Positions 10,833 through 24,174 of a stretch of DNA of 64,000 nucleotides are shown here, piece by piece. Within the stretch, counting starts at the first letter, position 1. Each line of letters begins with the position of its first letter. The stretch is from Eledone cirrhosa. Its lineage: Eukaryota. The stretch lies in contig OZ024747.1 in assembly GCA_964016885.1 (NCBI GenBank), forward strand, positions 71,734,001 to 71,798,000, in the 5' to 3' direction. The position numbers and the translations under genes were made by a program. Below the pieces are notes generated by a model. That model did no database searches and was not told the origin of the DNA. It saw only the letters and a list, made by a program, of their open reading frames with translations.

Positions 10833-13310
10833 ACATACATACATACATACATGATGGCTGCAAACTCGTGTTCAAGTAATGCCATCGCCCGATAAAATGT
10901 TCAAAAATGTGAAGCACAAATGTGACTCTTTAAACCAGCCAAATACTTGCACCCTATGGCACACACATGGCAACTTTAGGCTCCCCCGAAACTTTCCATT
11001 GCTTTGTTCTGGCTGTATGTTCACATGTATCTTTTAAGACCTCCCATGCTTGTACATTTCTTACACCTTTTCAGATCATAATCTACATGAGGTCCACTGA
11101 TATGACTTTGTTCATGTCTAATCAAACCAGCTTTGCTCAGGCTGACTCGACCACAGTGCTGGCAAACCAGATGATGTTCAACAGCAGGCAGTTCAGAACA
11201 GTCTCAATCCTCACCTTCCTTTTCAGTGTTAGGTGTTCTCTCCGACGAGTTTCAAAGTGTTCACCACCTGACTTGATCAAACGTCTCTTCACACGCTCGT
11301 CAGCCATTTTCTCCCATTCGTCAGATGAAATTCCAGCACAAGCCAAGGTGCCCCTGATACAGTCCCGGTACCGCCTTTTTGGTTTATGTGGTGGTCGCCT
11401 TCCTTCACACAGTTCTCCATAGAGAAGTTGTTTTGGAATACGATCATCAGACATCCGGACCACGTGACTGCACCACCTCAACCGATACCGAAAGATTATG
11501 CTCGCTATAGTCACGCACCTGCTCCGTTCTAGAACTTCCAAATCACTGGCGAACATTTTCCACCACACCCCAAGTAACTTATGAAGAGATTGTTGGTGAA
11601 ATCTCTCCAGATCCTTGAGGTGCTTTCTGTATGTGACCCACGTTTCACAAACAAAGTAAAGAGGAGACGACACAAGTCAGATACACTTTCACCTTGGTTT
11701 CGATAGTGATACCTCGTCTGGACCATAAACGTTGATGCAGCCGTCCAAAAGCATCACTGGCTTTCTTGATTCTTAAGGATATTTCATTATCATGTGTGCA
11801 TGAAGTGTTCAACGTACTACCAAGGTAAACAAACTTGTCAGCAACTTTTAGCCTCTTTCCGTACACGTACACACTTGGTGCAGTGTACTCGTTTCCAGGT
11901 ACTGGCTGATACATCACAACAGTCTTTTCCAAGCTTATTGTGACGCCCAAAGTGCTGCAAGCTGCAGAAAAAGAGTTCTTAATAATCTGCATGTCACTTT
12001 GTGAGTGTGCAAAAAGATCGCAGTCATCTGCATACAAAAACTCTCGGATTATAGATGTTAATACCTTTGTGCTTGTACCAAAGCACCTGGTGTTGAACAA
12101 CCTTCCTGAAGTGCGATACCTGATGTAAACCCCATGAGAACAATATTTGAATGCCATGAGAAACACTATCGTAAAATATAAGGAAAACAGAGTTGGAGCC
12201 GGAATGTCCCCCTGCTTCACTCCTGGTTCAGAGATGCTACCACGAAAACTGACCAAAGCCTTCATGTCATCGTGGAAAAGATGCAGAATCTTCTACCCTA
12301 CCTTGGATTTTTTTCCCACAACGCAGTTCGATTGACAGTGTCAAAGGCCTTTGTCAAGTCAACAAAGATCTGGTAAAGGTCCATACATTGTTCGATACAC
12401 TTTTCTTGCAGTTGCCGAGCAGAAACGATCATATCCACTGTTCCTCTTTCGTTTCTGAACCCACACTGCGACTCAGGCAACACATTCAGAGCAACTCATG
12501 GGATCAATCTATCCATCAATATTCGACACGACTTTACCAACTACTGAAAGAATGGATGACATGATAATTGCCACATTTGTCCTTGCCGTCCTTTCCTTTA
12601 TGGAGAATCACCATGAGCGCATCCTTCTTGTGGGACATTCTCATCTTCCCACACCATTTTCATGAGGTCAGTCAGGCGCTGCGTGAAGTTTTCACCACCA
12701 CACTCAAAACCGCTCCACTCAGACCATCCAGACCAGGAGACTTACCACAGTTCAGCTTATGCACAACAGAAGTCCCCTCTGCAAGAGAAGATACATTATC
12801 CATCTCATATGCTTCACTGGTTCAATAGGAATGGAACAAATGAAATCATCATCAACCTGGGATGGCTGGTTTAAGAGCTCATCAAAGTGATCTCTCTATC
12901 TGTCGAGTGTCTTTTGGGTCGTGCAGTAATTGCTTGCCATCTTTCGATCTCAAAGGGGCCACTGGAGAGCTGAAAGGGCCATACCCCTCTGTGAGTAGAA
13001 AGTGCGGCAGTTTCACATTGTTGCCGTCAGATGCCACTTGAACTTCATCTGCTTTGTTGCTCCACCAGGTATTTTGCATAGCCCCGAGTTTCACCTGCAC
13101 TTCCTTCTTTACCTGTCTGTAACGCTCATAATTGTCACCAACAGAGATACCACCTTTAAGAACAGCATCAAGTGCCTTTTGTTTTCTGTCTAGCAGTCTT
13201 GACCTCCTGGTCAGTCTCATCAAACCAGTCCTTGTTTTCTTGTGACAAAGCCAAGGACCTCTGCTGAAGCCTCATAGACTGAGTTCCTGAAGTCCTTCCA
13301 GTTGTTCTCA
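10833..13310 (-). mobile_element. Decayed BovB-like RTE LINE (frameshifted RT, 5'-truncated)
   Basis: LPESQCGFR...RQLQEKC...FVDLTKAFDTVNR, GVKQG, LYADDC, FVYLGS and RIPKQLLYGEL are split over ORFs from 11137 to 13223. A (TATG)n tail lies at 10833-10850. Confidence 0.9.
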
Positions 13311-13314
13311 TACA

Positions 13315-13940
13315 CGCATACATACTTACATATATGGTGGCTGCCAACTCGTTTTTGATTACAGCCACTACTTTATATCCATGTAGGAGAACCCCTACCG
13401 ATGCGCTGAATGAGTGTGACTTCTTAGTCCAGCCAGCGACTTGAAAACTCTGGTATAAACACTACACTTGTGACAATTATTGACACATAGTGCTGGGCCC
13501 ATGGCACCATGTGACGACAAGTGCAGAGAGATCTGCAGATATAAAGCAATGCCTGTGCCATGAAGCTTTTATAGTGAGCAAAGGCACTGCACAAAGCCAG
13601 TCCCACTCCCTTAACCAAGATGATATTTACCAAAAAGAAGAACATGTCAACATCATTGGATACCATCAGAGTTGCAGGTGTTATATCAGAGTTTTCCTTC
13701 TAGAATTCTGCCTTGACAAAGGCTAAGGGGTCATCTCTCCCGGTGATTTTGGATGGCCATTGACTCTTAAGAGCTCCTTTGCCCTTTGACAGGTTTTGTT
13801 TTTAGTCCTGCAGGATGTCCAAAGTCACCCTCCTCACCAAGAAACCTTGGTGGGGTTGCCAGTTTAGTCACCAACGACCCGACCATGAGACAGGTTGTAC
13901 TGGGATATATGTTACCAGTAGCACCAACTGGTGACCTGAC
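13315..13940 (-). mobile_element. Second short non-autonomous RTE/BovB-like derivative
   Basis: atggtggctgccaactcg at about 13334 matches the LINE 3' end atgatggctgcaaactcg. The 5' block is shared with 10440-10832. Confidence 0.5.
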
Positions 13941-14684
13941 ATATATACATGTATACATACATGCATACATCCATCCATACATCCATACATAAATGTATAC
14001 ACACATACATACATCCATCCATACATGTATACATACATACATACAATGGTTAAAGTGTTTGACTGACGACCATAAGTTCATGGGTTCATATTTGGGACCG
14101 GGTAGTTATTGAATCAACCTGATATCAATGTTTATTATACAGCACACTTCCTCTTTGGTATAATATGACACAGTAATATCTAACATAGTACCCATCTAAT
14201 CTGTTATAATATGATTTACCTTTCCTCTGTGAAGGCACATGCCTTAGGGGTTACGGTACTGGACTAACCATTATAAAGTCATGGGCTCGTTTCTTCGATC
14301 CTGCAGCATGTTGCGTCCTTCAGTGAAATACTTTAGTTTGTGTAGCATCTTCTACCAGGACTTGCGGCAGACAGATAATATCAGTAATGGAAAAAACCTT
14401 GTTTCATTAGTATGACCTGGAAATCAGTTCCACTCTATTTATCTTCTTTATTAAAGGCAATCAAATTATTTTTTATTTTATTTTTTCTTAAATAAATTCC
14501 ATAAAATCGAACTAAATTGAAATTTTGTAATAAAATTTCCATAAAAGTTAATGTTTACAATACAATAAAATGTAATAAAATGTATTGAAGTCGACGAAAT
14601 GTGGACCTTCATTTTTGAAAGATCCACATAAGCAGACCTTACAATATTGTACCACAATTTTCCTTTGTGCAAAAGTGGGCAGCC

Positions 14685-14879
14685 GAATTTAGGAAAGGAT
14701 AGGGGATTCTTGAAGATGACCCAATGTCTGGACGTCCTACAACTGCCACTACCGAGGAAAACATTGATCTCAGTACTGCAACACCGATGGAAGAAGTGTG
14801 TGGAACGCAAGGGAGACTATGTTGAAAAATAAACCTCATTTGGTCACATTCCATGAGAATATCTTTGTCAACCCTCGTA
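14685..14879 (+). mobile_element. Internally deleted mariner relic
   Basis: An LEDDPMSGRPTTATTEENID-like N-terminal piece is joined to the C-terminus LQHRWKKCVERKGDYVEK*. It ends in a TIR-like ...caaccctcgTA. Confidence 0.8.
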
Positions 14880-14914
14880 TCTATGCGTAATATACGTAAA
14901 GATAGAGAATTGCG

Positions 14915-15303
14915 GGCACTACAACGCTATTAACTGTCATATTTGTTGGTGAAAAAATTTGATTATAAAACTTAAATTTATGAATGACTTGTTTTCTAAT
15001 TAACTTAAATTTGTTTTCTAATTTGGCCCTTTTAAGAGCCACCTATATTTTCATTTAAGTAACTCCACTTACATCGATATGCTTTATAACCATGACTTGT
15101 TTTCTATTTGTTTTCTAATTTGGTACTTTTAAGTCTTCCCTCTCTCTCTCTCTTCCCTATCTTTCCTCTTCCCTCTCTCTCTAAAAAAAACGCGTGAAAA
15201 CTCCACTTACGCGTGGTAGTAATACGGAAATAAACGATGTTGACGAGTGACGTCACCTTCGCCTGTTTTCCACTGGACTGACAGCTAATAGCGTTGTAGT
15301 GCC
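14915..15303. mobile_element. MITE with 25-bp terminal inverted repeats
   Basis: ggcactacaacgctattaactgtca (14915) and tgacagctaatagcgttgtagtgcc (ends 15303) match at 24/25. No clear TSD. Confidence 0.65.
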
Positions 15304-15859
15304 GAAAATATAGTAAAAGGTACCGGCATTTACCGGATGTTTTTAGTGTATATAGTTTTTAGTGTATATAGTGAATGCGCATGCACTGGAGTCAACTTCA
15401 AGGGAGATAATTCAATTTGCTATTTGAACTGTTTTATTCACAAAGGGATTTGGTAGAAATAGCAGCTAAATATTTCTCGAATTAATATCTCCCATCTCAA
15501 AAGTGAAAGGAGACAGTAAAATTAGGTCCTCTAAACAAAACAGACAAGATGGTCATGGATATGACGACATTGATTAAACTGGGGAACATTTTTTTTCTTG
15601 GATTTGAGTTCTTATTCTGATATTTTTATGCCACTGATTCTGAAAATATCCATTTTATCCCAGCAGCTGTAGTTTTTTAGATATTGCAGAGGCCATTGCT
15701 TACTTTATTACTCTTCTGAAATGGTAGTATGAGTTACTTGTAATTCTAAATTCATCTGTAGAATTAAATTGTAGCTATAATCTTGCTGATGTTGTAATTT
15801 TACATGTGTATAATACATGTATTAATGTAAGTTCTTTCCTACTACATGTGATGACATGG

Positions 15860-16420
15860 CTTTGAGAGAAAATGTTTAAATCATCCATATGGTTTTTTTG
15901 TATTATTTGCCACGAGTACACATTCATTGAACAGAGAAAAACTATCAGTGATTTTATGAAAAAAACTTATTTTGCCTATTTTAGAGTACAACTAGAGGAC
16001 CAAGGTAAGCCATGGGCTCCTCAGGTTGTGTGTAAAACATGTACAGAGGATTTGTAGCAATAGATCCTTGGAAAGAAATGTCGGAAATTTGGTATACCAA
16101 TGTTATGGGGATGACAGAAAAACCACAGTGATGACTGTTACTTTTGTTTGGTGAATATAAAGAGCATCAGTGGATGTATCCTGAAATAATCTCAGCTAGA
16201 TAACCTGTTGCATATTCCAATGACCCATCCTTCAGCTATTTTCTAAAGCTCCCTCAAAATGTTCATGAATCTGCTATAGACAAAGAAAACATATGGAGGC
16301 AAAATGACAGTAATTTTTAAGGAACACCATCAGTTATAGAAGGTAAAAAAAAATCATCTGAACTGTTAGCTTCTTAACAGGGAGAAAAAAATTAGTTACC
16401 AGGAACCAAAATTTCGTTTC
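15860..16420 (+). pseudogene. Decayed DNA-transposon protein N-terminus (Cys-rich)
   Basis: FCIICHEY...YFAYFRVQLEDQGKPWAPQVVCKTC followed by FGIPMLW..KNHSDDCYFCLVNIK, with stop codons. I recognise this pattern from invertebrate transposon-derived ORFs; superfamily not assigned. Confidence 0.65.
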
Positions 16421-17734
16421 TTTTTCTTCTTCTTCTTCAGAGGCAATGGTAAACGATCACGATGTGTGGAGAGATGCCATGCTGGGAAGGACCCGTCAAA
16501 CCCATGCAAGCTTGAGCTAGCTATATTGTCCAATCTTGATGATAAGAGGCTAGATGGTCTAACCCAGTAATTTCCAGCATGAGGTGCACAACCCCCGTGG
16601 GAACAATTTGAATATTTAAGCGGTAATTTGAAAATGATGTTAATGAGAACAAACTTCAGGTTTTACTTTATTACTTTTACACCAAGGTAACCTTAGTAGT
16701 ACACATTACTGTCGGAAACTCCTGTCTCACCTCTTCCATACATGTAATTGTGTATCTGGCACCACCTCTACTCCAATGTGCTTACATTTTGCAGTTAATC
16801 ATCGCTGTTTTCATATCAAGGGGTTGGGTGGAGTATAACAATCTTTGAGATGTTGAGGTGGGTCATGGTACACAAAAGGTTTGGGACCACAGTCTAACCC
16901 ATTGTCTCTAGGTAAGAGGTAGATGTCTCATTTGAGACACCATATTCAGTAACTCTTTTTCTCCTTCCCACACCCTGGATGCTGCAGCAAAAATGAGGGT
17001 CACTACATCCAAAGCCAAATGGAATAAAATTCTAAAATACCAGGAATTAACAAAACACATTTTTTTTTCAGCCTGTAAAATTCAAGACATTTGGACAGCT
17101 GAGCCACTGACATATCAGATGATTCTCCAGGTGAAAGTGCATAGTTATTCCAATGTCTTAACTTCACTATCACCTGCAGCAATGTTATGAGTGTATCCCT
17201 GTGTAGGGAAAGGTATGGACTCTTTATATTTCATGTGTTCAAAGCTGGCAGGGTGTGCAGTGGATGAAATTACATCACTGTTATTTTCGTGTTCTATCCA
17301 TACCCAAGACAGTTAATGTAATTGACTGTACATACACTATAATATATCTTTTTGTGTGGCCAACAGTAAAAAAAAAATGGAGTCAATTTAATCAACTTAC
17401 CTCTAACCCTAACCATTTCTTTGTATTCCATATTGTGACATGTATGTTGATAAAATAACTTTACAAACGCCCTTTGTATAGATTAAATACACACACAGAT
17501 ATCAATTATTGTGATCACTTTATAGCCTCTGCAAGACTAAAAGGCTTCCTCAATCCTACATTGTCTCTATTCAATTACATGCCACTATTCAATTACATGC
17601 CACAACATATTGGAACTATTTTATAGTGATACCAGCATTAGAGAACTTTAGCCAACACTGTCTCTTTTTGATCATGAAGTCCTTTACAAAATGCACAGGG
17701 TGCATTTTATCATAACAACAACACTAGAAAGATT

Positions 17735-18060
17735 ATGTACTTAACAAAAAAGAAGCCCTGATGAACACCCACCTACACATTAAATTCTTCACTAAACTAA
17801 TCACCTACTCTCACTTTACTGATATTCTATCAAAGGTCTTTTTCAGATCTATAAAAGCTATGTATAGCTGCTTACTCTTAGCTAGGAACTCCTCTTGTAG
17901 TTATTTCAGTAAAAAGAGAGTACTGGTGCTACTCCTTCCTGGTAGAAAGCTAAACTGCATCTCATCAAATTTGACTGTTACCCTAATGAGCTGTTCCAAT
18001 ATTTTCTACTAATTCCATAACCTGATCCATGCCTCCGTAGTTGCTCCTTTCAAGAGCACC
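17735..18060 (-). mobile_element. Old LINE RT fragment
   Basis: The minus strand reads MQFSFLPGRRSTST...AYIAFIDLKKTFDRI. Confidence 0.6.
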
Positions 18061-18340
18061 ATCTTTTTCCCTTATTCCAAATAAAAAGAAAACATTTTAT
18101 ATACTTTTTCTTGAAATGTGTTTTCTTCTCCAAAGTCAACCATTTAAAAATAAATAAAAAAAATTAGATATAAAGACAAGAAATGCAAAATAAAAAAAAA
18201 TATATCTTGACATCAAAAGTTAATTTCACATCACCAGTTCTTGCTTTGAGAGTGTCAAAACAAATATTTTAGTTTAGTTTTGTGTTGTTGTATTAGTGCT
18301 GAAGTTTATATTTATCTTTTCTTTGTTTTATCTACTATGT

Positions 18341-18597
18341 TCAGCTAGGATTGTTGTTTTCTTCAGCAGTCCTTAATACATGATATTCCACAAACCAAAT
18401 TCCAAACCCTAGAAGAGTGAAACACCCAGAGACTATAGCTAGTGCCAATGACCAGCCGACTGATAACTGTCCGGTAAGATCAACATTCTTGAAAGCTGGA
18501 AAGTTGTTTAATGTGTAGGAATTATAAGTTTTTATGGTGTAAAGGTAATCTTTCCCTTTCACGCCCATGACAATTGTTCCCATAAGTGTCAAACAAC
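18341..18597 (-). CDS. PMP22/EMP/claudin-family protein, last coding exon
   Basis: Acceptor ttccttcttaaAG|G at 18598/18597, phase 1. Encodes GCLTLMGTIVMG...LSVGWSLALAIVSGCFTLLGFGIWF...NPS*. The GWS motif before TM4 is typical of the family. Confidence 0.88.
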
Positions 18598-18710
18598 CTT
18601 TAAGAAGGAAACAGAGGAGAGAAAAAATATTTTAAAAGTAGACAGGCAGATTTGATATTGACATTTAAATAAACAACATCATCATCATTATTATCATTAT
18701 CATTATTCAG

Positions 18711-18880
18711 CTGTGGGCAGATAGAGTGTTGGACAGCAGGCTTTGTGGCATATAGTTACAGCCCTTTATGTTCTGATTTCTCATGCTGCCTTTCATCCTA
18801 ACGGGATCAATAAAATAAAGTACCAGTACTTGGATCAATTTAATTGACTCTCCCCCAAAATCATTAGCTTTGTGCCTAAA
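18711..18880 (+). mobile_element. tRNA-derived SINE (family A), intronic and diverged
   Basis: Contains the core gcctttcatcctaacgggatcaataaaataaagtaccagt. Confidence 0.7.
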
Positions 18881-19262
18881 TCATCATTATTCATCTGTTC
18901 TACATCCAATTTTCCATCCTATCGTGTGTTAGATGGAGGCCAGAGCTTATTCTGGTTTTATATGCTGTTAAATGACTGAGAGAAGAAAACTTCCTTTTAG
19001 AGGGGAAGACAGTCATAATATTAATTACATTTGCTATTGCTAGAATTCATTTTCAACTGAGTGGACTGATGCAAAGTGTCTTTCTCAAAGACACAATCAA
19101 CCACCCTGACCAAGGATGGAACCCATGATCTTAGGATTGGGAGGCCAACACCCTAACCACTAGGTTAGTATTTTTATATAAAAATGTATTGTATTTTACC
19201 ATCATAATCATCATACCCACCACCATCACCATTGAGAGTTTTAGATTAGTTTACACACACAC

Positions 19263-19370
<108 letters not shown>

Positions 19371-19415
19371 TTTTTCAACTGAACAATTTGTCAGCATTTT
19401 CTATTCCGTTTACCA

Positions 19416-19446
<31 letters not shown>

Positions 19447-19880
19447 AGAGTTGGGACCCGTTATCTATATATGAGGTATTACCATAAAAGGAATTTCAGC
19501 TAGATCCTGTCAACAAAATCTCCATCAGTTTAAATACACAACAAATCACTGATTTCCAAATGGCTAAATGTCAACAGAAGGGCACCCAGGAGAGTCATGA
19601 CCTAGATGTGGCCCAACCCCTTAGAGTGTAAGAAGTTAAGGGCCAAAATGCTTGCTTGAGGTGGGTTTCTTCTCTGAAGACCTTCTGCTGTCCAGGTCTC
19701 CTGAGAGTTTCTTACCACTGTTGTCAATACTTATATTACTTTTTGAAGTTGCTTAAATGAGTTATTTCCCTTAGCTGAATGTGACATCGCACTTATTTAT
19801 GCCCATGACTGAATACTGAATTATAATAAACCAAGAAGCATTACATAAATACTGATAATCAGGAATAGTATAGTACTTAC

Positions 19881-20027
19881 CAGCAGAGAATGCAATGAGG
19901 CAGAGAGAAATGACTGTGATGATTTTGTTAGCATGAGATATGGCTGTGTAGCAGATGAGGGTTATCAGACAAGCTAGCTGACAAATTAGAGCTACAATAA
20001 AGAAACCTTGTGAGGCTCGAGCAAAAT
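19881..20027 (-). CDS. PMP22/EMP/claudin-family protein, middle coding exon (147 bp)
   Basis: ttttttttcAG acceptor and G|GTAAGT donor, phase 1-1. Encodes DFARASQGFFIVALICQLACLITLICY...ISLCLIAFSA (TM2 and part of TM3). Confidence 0.88.
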
Positions 20028-20057
20028 CTGAAAAAAAAACAATAATGATAATAATAA

Positions 20058-20236
20058 TGGTTTCTGATTTAGGCACAAGGCCAATAAGTTTGGGGGAGGT
20101 GAAAGTCGATTAAATTGACCTCAGTGTGTTACTGGTATTTTATTTTATCGACTCCTCGCCGGGATTTGAACTCATAGCATAAAGGACCATAACTCTATGC
20201 CACAAAGCATGTTGTCTGATGCTCAACCAATACTGC
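20058..20236 (-). mobile_element. tRNA-derived SINE (family A), intronic
   Basis: B box gagttcaaatccc on minus, plus the family core and tail. Confidence 0.75.
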
Positions 20237-20784
20237 TAAAATAATAATGGTATGAAGCTATGCTATTGGAAAAATTACATACAATAGCTTTATCATGTTT
20301 GATATTGCCCTGAACAACCTCCCTACAAAATTGAATCCTCTGTTGATGGCAAGGAATTATAAAATACTGATATGTTCTTTAGTGAGTACTGAACCAGTTG
20401 TCTTTTCACCCATGACTGTTAGATCTTTGTCTATAAGTAGCTATTAATAATGACTGGAACAGTATACATATACGGTCAACAACTCTATATGCAAATGAGG
20501 CTAATCAGCCCATGTACATAGGAGTCAAAACTATGTTTTCCCCTATACTGAGTCCCAGCAGGAGCAGGGTAAGGGAGTACTATCTTGATAATGACCAGAG
20601 TCAGAAATGATGATTGTCGGCAGTTATCCACCCTTGCTGCTGCTGCAATCCACTAAATGGCTACATTATCAGTTTCCAAAATTCATAGCTGACTGCTTTC
20701 AAATGTTTATTCATAAACATACTGTACATTGCTAGATATACAAAATGCACACACACACACATGCACACACATATATATATATAT

Positions 20785-21100
20785 ATCATCATCATTTCTG
20801 TTTAACATCCATTTTTCCATACTGGCATGGGTTAGACAAGTTATACTGTTGTGAGCAATGCTAGATCAGGTGACCGTGTCTTGCTTGTACAGAACTGATT
20901 TTGGATTGGTTTCTACAGCTGGATGCCCTTACTAGTGCCAACCTTATTTATAGTGAGTGCTGGGTACTTTTTGCCATGACACCTACTCAACCACTTTACT
21001 GTGTGGACTGGGTACTTTTTGCCATGACACCGTCATGACCACTTTACAGTGTGGGCTGGAGGCTTCACTGGATGTATGCTTCAGCCTGTCCTCATGGGAT
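20785..21100 (-). mobile_element. RTE 3' UTR fragment in the claudin-like gene intron
   Basis: catcat tail, ttctacagctggatgccctt and gtgctgggta modules. Confidence 0.75.
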
Positions 21101-21465
21101 ATATATATGGAAGTGGGTGGGGTGGTATGGTTTCCATGGCTGCATGCGTTGATGTTCACTTTAATTGAAAGCAAAAGCTGGAAAAAAGAACTATAAGTTT
21201 AACTCTTTAGCATTTAAACTGGCCATATCCAGCCAATTTCTCTCACCTATTTCTATTCAAACCGACTATAACTAGCCACTCATACTGATGTTAAGGTATT
21301 GTTCTCAAAATAAATAACATCAAAATCTTGTAGATTCAATATGATATGAGATAATCATGTAAGCTAAAGCCTTTACTGTGAAAATACAATAGTAAATGTA
21401 GAGAAATGTAAATGTAGAGAAATGTAAATGCTAAGGGTTAAGATGATTGGATTTTAAAAACTCAC

Positions 21466-21694
21466 CTGGATTTCTATTATATGTTGAACAATCCATTTCA
21501 TCGCTCCCTTTCACAACCAAACAATGGCTCCAGACACCAATATAAGCTCCGCCATCTAAAACAACCCAGGATGATGTGCTTATGGAGATTAAAAAGATCA
21601 CAAAACCACCAATGAAAGAAACAGTGGCTAACGTATCTGCCAAAAAAAGGTCAACCTTATTACTGTGTGACATCCTGAAACTTCGTGAACTCAT
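21466..21694 (-). CDS. PMP22/EMP/claudin-family protein, first coding exon
   Basis: ATG at 21694, then TM1 and the signature W-x8-GVW-x2-C-x10-C; donor CAG|GTGAG at 21466. The three exons total 633 nt, giving 210 aa in frame. An upstream acceptor ttttacAG at 21770 implies a non-coding 5' exon. Confidence 0.88.
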
Positions 21695-21828
21695 TTTTTA
21701 GAGCAGATGTAGATTTTATTGTTGTTGTCTATTAAGAGTTTATAGTGTTTTGATCAATAAAATAACAGCCTGTAAAATATAAGGTGAAACAGGAAATTAA
21801 TACTTTTAGAAGCAATTAGTATTTAGAT

Positions 21829-22073
21829 ATACAAGGGTTGGCTGAAAAGTTCATATATATATAGAGAGAGAGAGGGGGGAGATGAAAAGTTCATAGGCTG
21901 ACTAAGAAACTCTCATGGAATGACCAAATGAGATTTATTTTTCAACATAGTTCCTGGAAAGAAACAATACAATTATTAATAAGAGTTGAAATTAATGCAT
22001 GCAATATTTCAAAGCTCTAGCATCAATACTTTCCTTCATAGTCAGCCTATGAACTTTTCAGCCTCCCCTCATT
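21829..22073. mobile_element. Mariner-derived MITE
   Basis: Inverted ends tacaagggttggctgaaaagttcata and tatgaacttttcagcc. The interior matches the mariner 3' end at 14812-14860. Confidence 0.7.
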
Positions 22074-22225
22074 AATACATAATTAATACAAAATATGAAT
22101 GAATACATACATACATATATACATATATACATACATACATACATACATGCGTACATTATCGAGTATGGTCATTGCACGAGGAAAAAATAAATAAATAAAT
22201 AATATATATATGTATATATTTATAA

Positions 22226-22417
22226 ATATTGTTATACTTTGGGAGGGTCATGTTGCCAATAAGAAACACACGCACCAGTTGCTTTCACTTCAATTTATTA
22301 TAAATTAAATTTATAAATTTAGGAATTTATAAATTTAATTTATAATAAATTGAAGTGAAAGCAACTGGTGCGTGTGTTTCTTATTGGCAACATGACCCTC
22401 CCAAAGTATAACAATAT
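22226..22417. repeat. Foldback with 94-bp arms and a 4-bp spacer
   Basis: 22226-22319 is the reverse complement of 22324-22417. Confidence 0.9.
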
Positions 22418-22499
22418 CGGTTTCAACACACGTTTTCAGATAAAGAATCTTGCTAAACAAATTCAGAAACGAAATATTTATAAATATATATATATAAAT

Positions 22500-23257
22500 G
22501 AAGTATTTCCGTAGGAAACAGAGAGAGAGAAAAAGAGAAAGATAGAGAGGAAGACATAGTGGTTGTGAGAGTGAGAGAGTAGATTGAAAGAGAGACATAG
22601 AGAGAGGGAGGGGAAACAGAGAAGGAGAATGGGAGAGAGAGAGAGGGAGCTGGTGGAGTTGTTGTGTATATATGTGTGTGTGTCTATGACCAGTGTATAT
22701 AGATCAGTGACCCCCACATATATATATATATACATACACATATATATATATATGTATACACACACACATTTATATATATACATACACACACGTGTATATA
22801 TGGGCCTTCCAGTTTCATTTCACATTATATACATGTATGAGTGTATTTTAATTATTTAATAATTATTTTTAAGTGAACATGATTTTAAAAATATATTTTT
22901 AAGTGAACATTATCAAACAGGTTATGTGTGGTCTAGTGTACTACTAAAACTCTGTAATTGCTTGTTTGTCTGTAATACAGCCAAAAGGGCGCATAATGGA
23001 AACATACTTTGAAAGGATGTTAATCCTGAAATGGGGATACAAATGGAATAAAACAAGTTTTGTGTAAATCGGAGCATGGGTTCCCGAGATATGTGATTTT
23101 TCCGAGTACCTTCATAAACAGAGAGAGGGAGAGAAAGATAGAGAGGAAGAGATAGTGGTTGTGAGAGAGTAGATTGAAAGAGAGACATAGAGAGAGAGGG
23201 AAGTAAACAGAAAAGGAGAATGGAAGAGAGAGAGAGAGCTGGTGGTGTTGTTGTGTG

Positions 23258-23290
<33 letters not shown>

Positions 23291-23318
23291 CTAGACCAGT
23301 GTATATAAATCATAGACA

Positions 23319-23378
<60 letters not shown>

Positions 23379-23560
23379 TATATATATATGTACACACACA
23401 CATTTATATATATATATATATACATACACACACGTATATATATATGGGCCAATAGTTTCATTTCACATTATATACATGTCTGTGTATATTTTAATTATTT
23501 AAAAATTATCTTAAAGATATTTTGAAGTCAATGTGACCTAACAGGTCACGGGTGGTCTAG
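22500..23560 (+). mobile_element. Two head-to-tail non-autonomous Helitron copies (about 22500-22936 truncated; 22937-23560)
   Basis: Both end in ggtCTAG-T, and the second has a gtgacc-taaca-ggtcac hairpin. Homologous to 46590-47450. Confidence 0.75.
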
Positions 23561-24035
23561 TATATATGTGTGTGTGTATTTATATATTTACTCTTTTAGC
23601 TGTTCCAGTCATCTGGCTGAGGCCATGCTGGGAATATATATATATAAGCAAAAATATATAAAGGGGAAGGTAATACATTAAATGTATTGCCTTCTGTGCC
23701 ATATATTTTTGCTTATACCTGCTCTGCTTACCTTCTGCACTTAACTCTCATTAAATATTAACCTTACTATAATATTTAATGTTGCACCTCTAAGCATTGA
23801 ACACACTTTGCTTCGGCTATAGGCATCTAATATATTATATCATAGTTCTTTCTCTCCTACTCTTATGATATATGTCTCTTTCTTCGATATGTATATATAT
23901 ATATAAGCAAAGAGATATTTAATTTGTTGGTAGTTCAACAAATTTATTTATAACAGATTCGAAGCACTCAACTAGTTTCCTGGAGTATAATCAATGATAT
24001 TAATAAATGGAAACTATATTTATAAAAACAATATT

Positions 24036-24097
24036 TATTTTATTATATATATTTCAAGGGTACCAAAAACTTTGGTACACTTTCATCGGATAAAATA
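24036..24097 (-). ncRNA. Type I hammerhead motif with a core variant CCGAUGA, relative of 1443-1508
   Basis: Stem I tattttat/ataaaata; stem II aag..ctt plus gtaccaaa/tttggtac; GAAA-tatata-TA. Confidence 0.65.
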
Positions 24098-24174
24098 CAA
24101 AGTGTGTTTTATAAATAGTGACATAGCCCAGAAACCAGACTTTATCGGTTCAGGTTCCATTTGGATATATATAT

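Noticed and set aside
23643-23717. Imperfect hairpin of about 75 nt as a pre-miRNA
   Set aside because: It is AT-rich, lies among TA tracts and foldback debris, and has no recognisable mature sequence. It cannot be supported without small-RNA data.
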